A stretch of DNA of 64,000 bases. Origin: the human T2T-CHM13v2.0 reference genome, Homo sapiens. Each line of letters begins with the position of its first letter. The stretch's first letter is position 1. The notes beneath the pieces were generated by a model. It did no database searches. It was given only the letters and a program-made list of their open reading frames with translations, and had not been told where the DNA came from. Positions 12,201-29,624 of the stretch are shown here, one piece after another. The DNA lies in assembly GCF_009914755.1 (NCBI RefSeq), contig NC_060931.1. One strand, written 5' to 3'. A program made the position numbers and the translations under genes.

Positions 12201-15200
12201 CAGAAAATTAACAAGGATATTCAGGGCTTGAACTCAGCTCTGGATCAAGTGGACCTAATAGACATCTATAGAACTCTCCACCCCAAATCAACAGAATATA
12301 CATTCTTCTCAGTGCCACATGGCACTTATTCTAAAAGCGACCACATAATTGGAAGTAAAACACTCCTCAGCAAATGCATAACAAACAGTCTCTCCAACCA
12401 CAGTGCAATCAAACTAGAACTCAGGATTAAGAAACTTACTCAAAACCACACAATTTCATGGAAATTGAACAGCTTGGTCTTGAATGACTCCTGGGTAAAT
12501 AATGAAATTAAGGGAGAAATCAAGAAGTTATTTGAAACCAATGAGGACAAAGAGAAAACATACCAGATTCTCTGGGACACAGCTAAAGCAGTGTTAAGAG
12601 GGAAATTTATAGCACTAAATGGCTACATCAGAAAGCTAGAAAGATCTCAAATCAACACCCTAACATCACAATTAAAAGAGTTAGAGAGGCAAGAGCAAAC
12701 TAATCCAAATGCTAACAGAAGACAAGAAATAACTAAGATCAGAGCAGAATTGAAGGAGATAGAAACACAAAAAACTCTCCAAAAAAATATATGAATCCAG
12801 GAGCTGTTTTTTTGAAAAAATTAACAAAATAGATAGACCACTAGCTACTATAAACACCTCTATGCAAATAAACTAGAACATCTAGAAAAAATGGATAAAT
12901 TCCTGGATGCATACACCCTCCCAAGACTAAACCAGGAAAAAGTTGAATCCCTGAATAGACCAATAACAAGTTCTGAAATTGGGGCAGTAATTAATAGACT
13001 ATCAACCAAAAAAAAAAAAAAAAGCCCAGGACCAGATGGATTCACAGCTGAATTCTACCAGAGGTACAAAGAGGAGCTAGTACCATTTCTTCTGAAACTA
13101 TTCCAAACAATTGAAAAGGAGGGACTCCTCCCTAACTCATTTTATGAAGCCAGCGTCATTCTGTACCAAAACCAGACAGAGACACAACAAAAAAAAGAGA
13201 ACTTCAGGCCAGTTAACCTGATGAACATCAATGTGAAAATCCTCAATAAAATACTGGCAAACCAAATCCAGCAGCACATCCAGAAACTTATCCACCATGA
13301 TCAAGTTGGCTTCATCCCTGAGATGCAAAGCTGGTTCAATGTATGCAAATCAATAAACATAATCCATCACATAAACAAAACCAAAGACAAAAACCACATT
13401 ATTACCTCAATGGATGCAGAAAAGGCTTTTGAAAAAATTCCTTGCAAAGGGCCGGATAGTAAACATTTTAGGATATCTGAAGCATGCAATCTCCATCAAC
13501 CCCTCCTTTCTGCTGTTGGAGTGCAAAAGCAGCCATAGGTGATATGTGTGAGCCTCCATGTTAAAAACTCCCAATAAACTAGGTATTTATGAACTATCTC
13601 AAAATAGTAAGAGCTATTTTTGACAAACCCACAGCCAATATCATATTGAATGGGCAAAAGCTGGAAACATTCCCTTTGAAAACTAATACAAGACAAGGAT
13701 GTCCTCTCTCACCACTCCTATTCAACATAGTATTCAAAGTTCTGGCCAGGGCAATCAGGCAAGAGAAAGAAATAAATGGTATTCAAATAGGAGGAGAGAA
13801 AGTCAAATTGTCTCTCTTTGCAGAGACATGATTCTCTAGAAAACTGCATCATCTCAGCCCCAAAACTCCTTAAGCTGATAAGCAACTTCAGCAAAGTCTC
13901 AGGATACAAAATCAATGTGCAAAAATTACAAGTATTCCTTTACACCAACAATACACAAGCAGAGAGTCAAATCATGAATGAACTCCCATTCACAACTGCT
14001 ACAAAGAGAATAAAGTACCTAGGAATACAGCTAGCAAGGGACGTGAAAGACCTCTTCAAGGAGAAGTAGACACAAACAAATGGAAAATATTCCATCCTCA
14101 TGGATAGGAAGAATCAATATTATGAAAATGGCCTTATTGCCCAGAGTAATTTATAGATTCAATGTTATTCCCATCAAACTACCATTGACATTCTTCACAG
14201 AATTAGAAAAAAACTAATTTAAATTTCATATGAAATCCAAGAAGACCCCATATAGTCAAGACAATCCTAAGCAAAGCTGGAGGCATCATGCTACCTGACT
14301 TTGAACTATGCTACAAGACTACAGTAACCAAAACAACATGGTACTGGTACCAAAATAGACATATAGACCAATGGAACAGAACAGAGACGTCAGAAATAAC
14401 AACATACATCTAAAACCATATGATCTTCAACAAACCTGACAAAAATAAGCAATGGGGAAAGGATCTCCTATTCAATAAATGGTACTGGGAAAACTGGCTA
14501 GCCATATATAGAAAACTGAGACTGGACCCCTTCCTTACACCTTATACAAAAATTAACTCAAGATTGATTAAAGGCGTAAATGTAAAACCCCAAACCATAA
14601 AAACCCTAGAAGGAAACCTAGGCAATACCATTCAGGACATAGGCATGGGCAAAGACTTCATGACAAAAATGCCAAAAGCAATTGCAACAAAAGCCAAGAT
14701 TGACGAATAGGTTCTAATTAAGCTAAAGAGCTTCTGCACTGCAAAAGAAACTATCATTAGAGTGAAGAGGCAGCATACAGAATGGGAGGAAATTTTGCAA
14801 TCTACCCATCTGACAAAGGTTTAGTGTCCAGAATTTACAAGGAACTTAAACAAATTTATGAACAACAGCAAGCAACCCCAACAAAAAGTGGGCAAAGGGT
14901 CTGAGCAGACACTTCTCAAAAGAAGACATTTATGCAGCCAACAAACATATGAAAAAAAGGTCAACATTACTGATCATTAGAGAAAAGTAAATCAAAACCA
15001 CAATGACTTACCATCTCACACCAGTCAGAATGGCAATTGTTAAAAAGTCAGGAAAAAACAGATGCTGGAGAGGATGTGGAAAAATAGGAATGCTTTTACA
15101 CTGTTGGTGGAAGTGTAAATTAGTTCAACCATTGTGGAAGACAGTGTGGCAATTTCTCAAGGATCTGGAACAAGAAATACCATTTGACCCAGCAATCTCA

Positions 15201-15706
15201 TTACTGGGTATATACCCAAGGGATTATAAATCATTCTACTATAAAGATACATGCGCACATATGTTTATTGCAGCACTGCTCACAATAGCAAAGACTTGGA
15301 ACTAACCCAAATGCCCATCAGTGATAGACTGAATAAAGAAAACGTGGCACATATACACCATGGAATACTATGCAGCCATAAAAAATGATGAGCTCATGTC
15401 CTTTGCAGGGATATGGATAAAGCTGGAAACCATCATTCTCAGCAAACTAACACAGTAACAAAAAACCACATGTTCTCACTCATAAATGAGAGTTGAACAA
15501 TGAGAACACATGGACACAGGGAGGGGGACATCACGCACTGGGGCCTGTTAGGGAGTGGGGGCTAGGGGAGGGACAGCATTAGGAGAAATACCTAATGTAG
15601 ATGACGGGTTGATGGGTGCAGCAAACCACCATGGTATTTGTATACCTATGTAACAAACCTGCACGTTCTGCACGTGTATCCCAGAACTTAAGTATAATTT
15701 AAAAAA
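9288..15706 (+). mobile_element. Full-length dead L1 (L1PA8/8A-like, older-type 5'UTR); ORF1 and ORF2 disrupted
   Basis: ORF fragments: ORF1 (MDELTEVGFRRWVI..., 10725), EN (ITILTLNVNGLNAPIKRHRL, 11690), RT ([14 protein letters not shown]; [14 protein letters not shown]); 3'UTR gtagatgacgggttgatgggtgcagcaaaccacc; short A tail. Confidence 0.95.
13442..13553 (+). other. 112-bp insertion in L1 ORF2, a copy of 6687-6798 (internal MER58A piece)
   Basis: Ungapped match with 10 mismatches in 112 bp to 6687-6798. Confidence 0.93.
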
Positions 15707-15709
15707 TAA

Positions 15710-15920
15710 CTAACATGTATAGAGTGGTTCCTGTGTACTCCAAAATGGTACCAGCTGTTATGCCTAATATTTTCATCTAATATTTACAAAAAGCTTTTCA
15801 AGCAAGTATCATTATAATTTCCCTATTCCAGATGAGGAAAGGAGGTGCCAAGAAAAGCTTTGCCTAAAGTCCCAGAGTTAAATGGTAGAGCCGGGATTCT
15901 CCCTGGGTCTGGAGCACAGT
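15710..15920 (-). mobile_element. MIR fragment
   Basis: ccctattccagatgaggaaa...ttgcctaaagtcccagag...tggtagagccgggattc. Confidence 0.65.
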
Positions 15921-16819
15921 CCCTCCCTGTCCTGACCCTGCCAATGTAAAATGTAGAGGAGGCCTCACAGAGCTCCACGTGTTCCTTGTAAAACTTTTCT
16001 TTCCTGGGCAAGACACAGCCTTCTCCCCAAGTGCTTCTGACACATCCTGCAAAGCATCTCCAATTAGAATTTATTACCCACTTCCTTGCTCAGAGAGATG
16101 AGGGGGAATCATTTACCAGTCTTCAGAGCCATGCTATCCACACTATCCACAGGTCACCAGGGATTTGACTCTATATTTGCCTCCATGTAACACTAATCTG
16201 ACTGGTTCCCAAGCTGTCACCAAAATGTGAGCCCACAGAACTCAGAGTAAAGCAATAGCATCTCCACGTGCTCAGACCAACAGCACCTCCACATGCTCAG
16301 CAGCTTCCCTCAGGGTTCCCTTCATAGCTCTCCACTGTGAGTGTTGAAGGGTGTCAGTCTGCTTTGTTCACTCAGTATGCTTGTTGAGTGAATGAAAAAG
16401 TCTTCTTGCTCTAATTAAAACAGAAATACCCCCTTGAGGATGCTCTAGATTCTCTCACACTGGTAGCTGCATTTTCCTCCTCAATGCCCCCTCAGCACAG
16501 GGCCTCAACTGGACAGTGGTGCCTCCTTGCTCTTTTCCTTCTCCTCTCAAATATCCTGTTCTCAGTAGGACACACCTTCAGGCCCCACCCTCTGACCTCT
16601 CCACTTGCCCTCGTCTATCAGCTTCACACTATCAGCTTCCTGCTCACTGGAGGGCTCCTGGCCTGGCTCATCTCTGTTTCCCTCTCCAGGACCCCTGCCT
16701 TTCAACATCCCTGTGCAAAACACATCCATCCCAGAGCCTCGTGGTTCCCTGAGCCCCTCAATCCCATTAGTCCTGTCTCCACCCCTCCCCAGGTTCCTAG
16801 TTTATGGCCACAACCAAGT

Positions 16820-16935
16820 CCAGTGATTCTCAACCTTGGCTGCAGTTGGGACATCCTGGAGTGGCTTTTAAAAAGTTGATGCTGGGACCCCAGGGAATTG
16901 TTTAAAAATCCCCCAAGGTGAGAAAATGTCACTGA
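16820..16935. mobile_element. MER5-like DNA transposon fragment
   Basis: cagtgattctcaaccttggctgca ... tttaaaaatcccccaaggtga...cactg. Confidence 0.55.
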
Positions 16936-17190
16936 TTTTAGTTTTGCTTGAGATGGACCCTAATGAGAGAAGTTTATAAAATCACCCACAGAGAAGACAG
17001 GTTAGAGATCCAGCAGCCAAACTTTGTCAAAGTCTCTAAGGACCTAAAGTGACAAAAAAAAGTCATTTCTGGAATTAGCATATTTTCTGCATGGACAAGA
17101 CCAAAGTGATGTAGCAGATGGCAGATCAGTGTGTGATCCTGGAAGAATCGAGTGGAAAGGGCTCATTCACTGTTAAACCAGCACCTGGGA

Positions 17191-17291
17191 CTCTGCCTCT
17201 CCACCGTGTTGCAGGGATGCTGCAGGGTCTCTGATTACGCTCTGCCTCTCCACCGTGTTGCAGGGATGCTGCAGGGTCTCTGATTACGCTC
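17191..17291. repeat. Perfect 49-bp tandem duplication
   Basis: ctctgcctctccaccgtgttgcagggatgctgcagggtctctgattacg at 17191 and 17240, followed by ctc. Confidence 0.97.
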
Positions 17292-17319
17292 GTGATGATG
17301 ACAGTGGTTGTGATAGCAG

Positions 17320-17545
17320 GAACCACTTATTAATAGTTTATTAGCTGCCCAACGCTGTACTGGGCACTTTAAATACACTGTTTCATGTACTTTAATTGTA
17401 ACAGTTCTATGAAGTCAGAGTCATTATTATTTCCCCACTTATAGATAAGAACAATACATTTTAAAAAGGAACGATATGGCTAAAATCAACCACTAGTGAC
17501 ACAGCTAAGACCCAGGCCAGCCTATCTCTAAAGCTTAACAACCTC
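17320..17545 (-). mobile_element. MIR fragment
   Basis: gtactgggcacttta...aacagttctatgaagt...attattatttccccacttatagataag. Confidence 0.6.
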
Positions 17546-18267
17546 ACACAGGGAGGATCAGGGAGAATTGTAAGGGTGTCTGATTGGAGAGACTTTTAAT
17601 TGTTTTTTTCTTTTTCCAGCACACCAAGGTGATTTGCTCTCTCATAACTAAAATATTAAGACTATCTTGTCCTTCTTGCAAATGATCAACTGTATAGAAG
17701 AACATTGGCTATCAGATGGCCCCAAAGTCCCTCTGACTGTACAATATTATCAACTGCCCCAAATAGCAATAATCAAGAACCCCTCCACCTTTCAGTTTGA
17801 GAGGAAAAATAGGTCTTTGCCTTGTATTCAAAAATCACTGACTCCTGATAGCATGTGCTATTTTCTCCCAAATAACTTCCTTTGTTGTATACGTAAAGAA
17901 AAATTATGTATAACCCAAACCAGGAGTTTGGGCACCAGTGATGCCATTAAGTGTTGGTGTAATATTTACAGTTGACATAATTTCTGTGTATCTTGGTAAG
18001 CTCACAAGCACCTTATTTCTTAAACTGTAGGTGGCATAAATGAAAATCTGCAATGTTAACAAACTTTTGGAAGTGAAAAATTCAGTCCCACTGTGCCAGC
18101 TATATAAAGCTCTATGCTATTCCAGAAACTGTGGGGGAAGCTGATGATGGAAGCTACTTCCTTCAAGTAGTTCATGATCTCATTGATGAGATACTACATT
18201 TAGAAGACAGCAGAAAAACATTAATGAATGAACGCTGAGTGAGCACCATGGTAAGATCTGTGGGGAT

Positions 18268-18680
18268 TGTTTTAGGTTGAGTTTCCCAGAAGCTGACCTG
18301 AGAAATGAGTGCAGGCAATGCTGTTGGGAGATGTTCCCAGGAGGCCCATGGGCAGTGAGACATGAAAGGAAAGGGAGCCTGTAGAATAAACTCTTATTAA
18401 ATTAATGGGACTGAAATCTCCTGGGGAACTTTGGGAGATGGTGCACAGCAGGCTCCAAAGTATCCCGAACTAGGGTAGACTGCTGGAGGCTCCACCAGCG
18501 GACTCACACACCAACTGGTCCAAGGGCCACTCCCAGGACCTCAAGCCAACCCTGCACACCATCAGGTGGATTCCAGGAGCCAGACAAAGGCTTCAGGAAA
18601 TGTCATAGGTGTTTGCAGTTGGAAGCCTCCAGGCTGGCATGCAGAGAGAGGCTGGAGGAATCCACAGCATCCACCATCAG
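18268..18680 (-). mobile_element. Old MaLR LTR (MLT1I/J-like)
   Basis: gtttcccagaagctgacctgagaaatgagtgcagg...ttgggagatgttcccaggag. Confidence 0.55.
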
Positions 18681-19699
18681 GGTCCTAGTGAAGAAAAAAT
18701 TATCTTAGGGATTGGGTCTTCGGGGAAGGCTCCATAGGGAAGTGAGTCTTAAAAAACAGATTCCAGGCCAAAAGGAGGGTAAGGGCAGCAGCCAGGGTGA
18801 CGGTCTGCTGGGGCACAGAGGAGGCCTGGCAGTGCTGTCCCGCTGGCAAAGAGGGAGCTGAGGGTAGACTGGGAGGGACCTGACTTGTAGTTTTCAAAAG
18901 TGAGTTGAAGACTAACAGCACACTACCAGCTCCTGCCTCTGAACATTGGCAAAGCTGCCACTACATCTTATCTAGAGACTAGGTTATTTCTTCTATCCAG
19001 GAGCCATTTCAAAGCTCTGAATTTCTTTCAATTCTCCAGATGAAGGAGCAGATGATGGTCCTTCTGCCACTCTGTGGCGACACTAACTTCCTTTCAGAGG
19101 CATCAGGCCACATGTTTGGGAGATATGTAGTCTTAAAACTTCAGATGTGCCTTTTAGCATAATAGATGTATGCCTGAGAATTCAGAAATACCAGGGATTT
19201 TACAGTTGCACGTTCATTTTAAGTACACTAGTAGCAGGCTGCTGCACTCTCTCTGCAGCCGCTGTGAGGGTGAAAAGAGAGACAGAGCCATGGCCGGGAG
19301 CCCCCCAGGACCCCACAGCGTTTCTCTCTCCTCCTGCCCTCCAGTTTCTCTACATCATCTTGTGTATTTGCAATATTTACCTTTTTCCTTGTAGCCACCA
19401 GGCTGAGTGCAGAGAACAGTTATTTCCCAGAATAGTGTAGGGAATTTCATTTGAAATCTCTTCAGTGACTGCAAGTTTTCCAGCATTCAAACCAGGAGAA
19501 ATGATCCATTTCTTATTGTTGTTTTTTCTGTGTTGTTAGATGGAGCTGCTGGGGCCAGTCAGCCCATTAATTTAATTTGATTATGTTCCTAACAACATGC
19601 TTCTCTTGGCTGCCTCTCTCCAGCAGGCTGGAGTCATCCAGATTCCCTTGCCTGCCCCAGGGCTCAGAGCCCAAGGTTCCGTTGGCCAATGGCCACAAG

Positions 19700-20015
19700 T
19701 AGGTTCCAGGGTTTAGGGTGAGGGTAGTCAACACTACAATTTTTTTGATGTCATTTTGTGTTAGAGCACAGATTGCTGTAAATAAAGTGAGGGTTAGAGA
19801 TACGGTTAGGGTTGGGGGTTAGGGTTAGGGTTAGGGTTAGGGCGAGGGTGAGGATTAGAGTTAAGATTAGAATTTGGATTGGGGTGAGGTTGAAGTTCAG
19901 GGTGATGGTTAGGGTTAGGGTGAAGGTGAGGATGAGGGTGAGGGTTAGGGTTACAGTTTGCATTATGATGAGGGTAAGTGTGAAGGTGAGGGCTAGGGTG
20001 AGGTCATAGGTTACT
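19700..20015 (+). repeat. Degenerate interstitial telomeric tract (TTAGGG-like), oriented toward the chromosome end
   Basis: Four perfect TTAGGG near 19819 within about 230 bp of in-phase hexamers (tgaggg, tgaagg, ttagag, ctaggg), plus a short patch near 19705. Confidence 0.9.
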
Positions 20016-20562
20016 ATTGTTCAGGTTAATACTTTTCATGATTAGGGCAGAGATGAGTGATATGGCCTCTGGCAACCTCTCCCTGGATGCAGATTATGAG
20101 ACAAGGATATTGGTGAAATTATTATTCAGCTATAATTTGCATATTATCCATTGAATAAAGGAGAGAAACCAAAACAGATGGAACAATCAGGGTGAGGTGT
20201 TGGGAGAAGCACTGGAGCCCTGCCTGGGCTTGGGCAGCTCAGAGCTTGGGTGATAGTGCTTCAGTGTTGCATAGAATCAGAATTCATCCTGACTGCAGGC
20301 ATAGACAGTGGGTATTTTATCCTCCTTCAGACAGTGCGTGGCTTAGGTTGAATTGTGGGATAAATTCCCAGGTGCTTTTACTCCTTTTGGGTGAATTGAC
20401 CCGACACCCAGGGCAATTCTCTGATCCTCCAGCCACAATACACCAAGATCTATGGACAAGCAAGACCTGTGGGGTTTGGGAGGGGCCCAGGATGGAAACC
20501 AACCTGGGCAACCTGGGTTGGGGTCAGGGTTATAGACTGGAGAAGCTGAGGAACAGTGTCTT

Positions 20563-20981
20563 TGTATGATAAGGGTTGCTATAACCTGGTACGTGAGACT
20601 GCGTGATTTATAAATTTACTTGGCTCACAGTTCTGGAGGCTGGGAAGTGGGAGAAGCAGGCATAGCATCTGCTTGGTTTCCGGTGAGGGCCATGTGCTGG
20701 GTTAAAACATGGCAGAGAAGAGCCAGGGGGATTGGACACCTGCAAAGAGAGAGGCAAACGAAAGAACATCCTAGCTTTGCAACAAACCACGCTCACAGGT
20801 ACTCATCTAGCATTGCCAGAGCAAGAACTCACTACCATGAGAAGGCAGCAAGCCGATGACGAGGTTCCACTCTAGATTCAAACACCTCCCACTAGGTCCC
20901 ACCTGTCAACACCACCATGCCCAGACCACATATCAGCATGAGATTCAGGGAGGACAAACAAACCCCATCCACACCACAGCA
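20563..20981 (-). mobile_element. MaLR LTR (MSTB/C-like)
   Basis: gttgctataac...ttggctcacagttctggaggctgggaag...aaacacctcccactaggtcccacc...catgagattc. Confidence 0.8.
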
Positions 20982-21350
20982 AGCAGGGGAGGCAAGAAAT
21001 GGGAAAAAATTGTCTTTTAAAAAGATTTACCATTCTCATTTGTGCATGAAGAAAGTGTTCCCGGTCTGGGCTCTAGGAGGACGGTGCTGTTGGTCTTCTC
21101 CACCTTCCTCTTAAGTCATCCTCCCACTTCTCCAGCTCTGCTCTGGGTCCTGAGAGGCTGGCCTCTGGGAGAATCACCCAGGTCCTGTTCCAGGATTTCA
21201 GCCAGAGGGAGGCACCGGCCATCAGAGGTGGGGAGGGCCTTGGTTTCCTCTGCTTCCTTCCTTCCAGTAGTGGGTTTTCACAAAGGCTGGGTTTCTCTCT
21301 GGTGTTTCTCAACTTCAGCTGCACTAGCATTTCTACTCAACCATTCTCTG

Positions 21351-21648
21351 TGCTAGGGCTGCCCTGCAAATGAGAGGGTGTCGAGCAGCAGCCCTGCAGC
21401 ACCCCCACCTGAGCCCACAGTGTCAGGCAGAATGACCCCATGGAGAAACAGCCCTCCAGAGTTCTGGGAGGGTCCAGCAGCCCATTCTCTCCTCACCCTT
21501 TGGCCCCGGGGTATTAAAGGGTTTCTGCTGTTGCTAGTCTGGGAGCATTTCACAGGCTTTTATTGTTTCTTTTGGCTTTGCCCACACTTCTGTAAATAAA
21601 CCCTTGAGTTTGCCTTTTTTTGTTTTTTTCATTTGCTGGGATCTAACA
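21351..21648 (+). mobile_element. Possible old solo LTR
   Basis: TG...CA termini, TATA-like ggtattaaag, aataaa near the 3' end; family not recognised. Confidence 0.3.
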
Positions 21649-22204
21649 CAGCCCTTTTCCTACAGGTAAATGCCTACATGTTAGAACATATCTTAGAAAT
21701 TACCATCAGCCAATCTTGCTTTAGAAAAAGAACTCATGACTATCTGAGTTTTAAACATGGTGACCAGAATTGAATTTGCAAATGTTTTGGTTCTAATATC
21801 TTGATAAAACACTAAAACTATAACATGACGGCTCACCATGAAATTAACATGGAATACTCACTGGGGTGGAGGAGAAGAGTAAATATGGCCCTTGACCCTG
21901 GTGGGCTGTCCACAATAACTGTTGCTCTGCCACTTTCTCAGCATTTTAGGGGCTACAGGACCCGGGCTCTGGCAGGCACTTGGTGAAAACTGGGAACAGC
22001 TGAAGAACCAAGCCTTGTCCCTCCTTGTGCAGGCCTAGATTCTACATCCACAGACTCAGATACTGAAGAACACTTAATGGTCTGGATGCTGGTTAAAGCT
22101 GTGATCTGCAAATATTTTCAACCATGCAGTGCTCTCAATGAAAACAAAGCATGCATCCAATAACTGTGCTTTTATTAATTAATTTTTCTCCTCCTAGACA
22201 ATGG

Positions 22205-23130
22205 ATTTTTTTTAAACTTTTAGGTTGCAGGGTACATGTGCAGGTTTGTTTTATAGGTAAACTTGTGTTGTGAGGGTGTGTTGTACAGATTATTTTCATC
22301 ACCCAAGTATTAAGCCTAGCACTCATTGGTTATTTTTCCTGATTCTCTCCCTCCTCCCACCCTCCACCCTCTGATAAGCACAAGTCTCTGTTGTTTCCCT
22401 CTGTGTGTCCATGTGTTCTCATCATTTAGCTCCCACTTACAAGTGAGAACATGTGGTATTTGGTTTTCTGTTTTGCTAAGGATAATGGCCTCCATCTCCA
22501 TCCATGTTCCCACAAAAGACATGACCTCGTTCTGTTTTATGGCTCCATAGTAGTCCATGGTTTATATTTACCACATTTTCTTTATCCAGTCTACCACTGA
22601 TGGGCATTTATGTTGATTTCCTGTCTTTGCTATTGTGCATAGTACTGCAATGAACATTCACGTGCATGTGTCTTTATCGTAGAATGATTTCTATTCCTCT
22701 GTGGATATATTCAGTAATGGAATTGATGAGTTGAATGGTAGATCTGTTTTTAATTCTTTGAGGAATTACCATACTGCTTTCCACAATAGTTGAACTAATT
22801 TACACTCCCACCAATAGTGTGCAAGCATTCCGTCTCCCTGTCACCTTGCCAGCACCTGTTAATTTTTGACATTTTAATAATAGCCATCCTGCCTGGTGTG
22901 AGATGGTGTCTCACAGTGGTTTTGATTTGCATTTCTCTAATGATCAGTGATGTTGAGCTTTTCTTTCTATGCTTTTTGGCTGCATATATGTCTTCCTTTG
23001 AAAAGTGCCTATTCATGTCCTCTGCTCACTTTTTTTATGGGTTTGTTTTTTTCTTGTAAATTTGTTAAGTTCCTTATGGAAGCCAGATATTAGACCTTTG
23101 TCAGATGGATATATTTCAAAGATTTTCTCC
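22205..23130 (-). mobile_element. L1PA13-16-like 3' fragment, antisense
   Basis: Minus-strand ORFs [16 protein letters not shown]... and MDYYGAIKQNEVMSF...; 3'UTR gtacagattattttcatcaccca. Confidence 0.9.
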
Positions 23131-23268
23131 TAACTACTCACAAGGCTGAGGCAGGAGAATTTCTTGAACCCAAGAGGTGGAGATTGCAGTGAGCCAAGAT
23201 CACACCACTGCACTCCAGCCTGGGTGACAGAGTGAGATTTTGTCTCAAAAAAAAAAAAAAAAAAGAAA
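23131..23268 (+). mobile_element. Alu right-arm fragment with A tail
   Basis: ctactcacaaggctgaggcaggagaat...tgtctc(A)n; left arm absent. Confidence 0.92.
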
Positions 23269-23269
23269 G

Positions 23270-23475
23270 GTAGCCATATATAGATATTTGATTTATTTCA
23301 AAATATAGAGAAATGGTATTATGAAAGTGCCAGCGGAGCATATTTCTATGGAAAGTATTTACCATTCAACAAATAGTACCAGGACCATTTGTTTATCCAT
23401 GTGCAAAGTAAAACTGGGTCCTAACTTCACACCATTTACAAAAATGAATTTAAGGTAGCTTAAAGAAAAATGTGA
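23270..23475 (+). mobile_element. L1ME-like ORF2 fragment (host of the L1PA4; resumes at 29625)
   Basis: ttcaacaaatagtacc...cctaacttcacaccatttacaaaaatgaatt. Confidence 0.65.
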
Positions 23476-29610
<6,135 letters not shown>

Positions 29611-29624
29611 AAAGAAAAATGTGA

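Noticed and set aside
12891-13538. 215-aa ORF with a novel C-terminus ([12 protein letters not shown]...)
   Set aside because: L1 RT fragment reading into the 112-bp insertion; not a gene.
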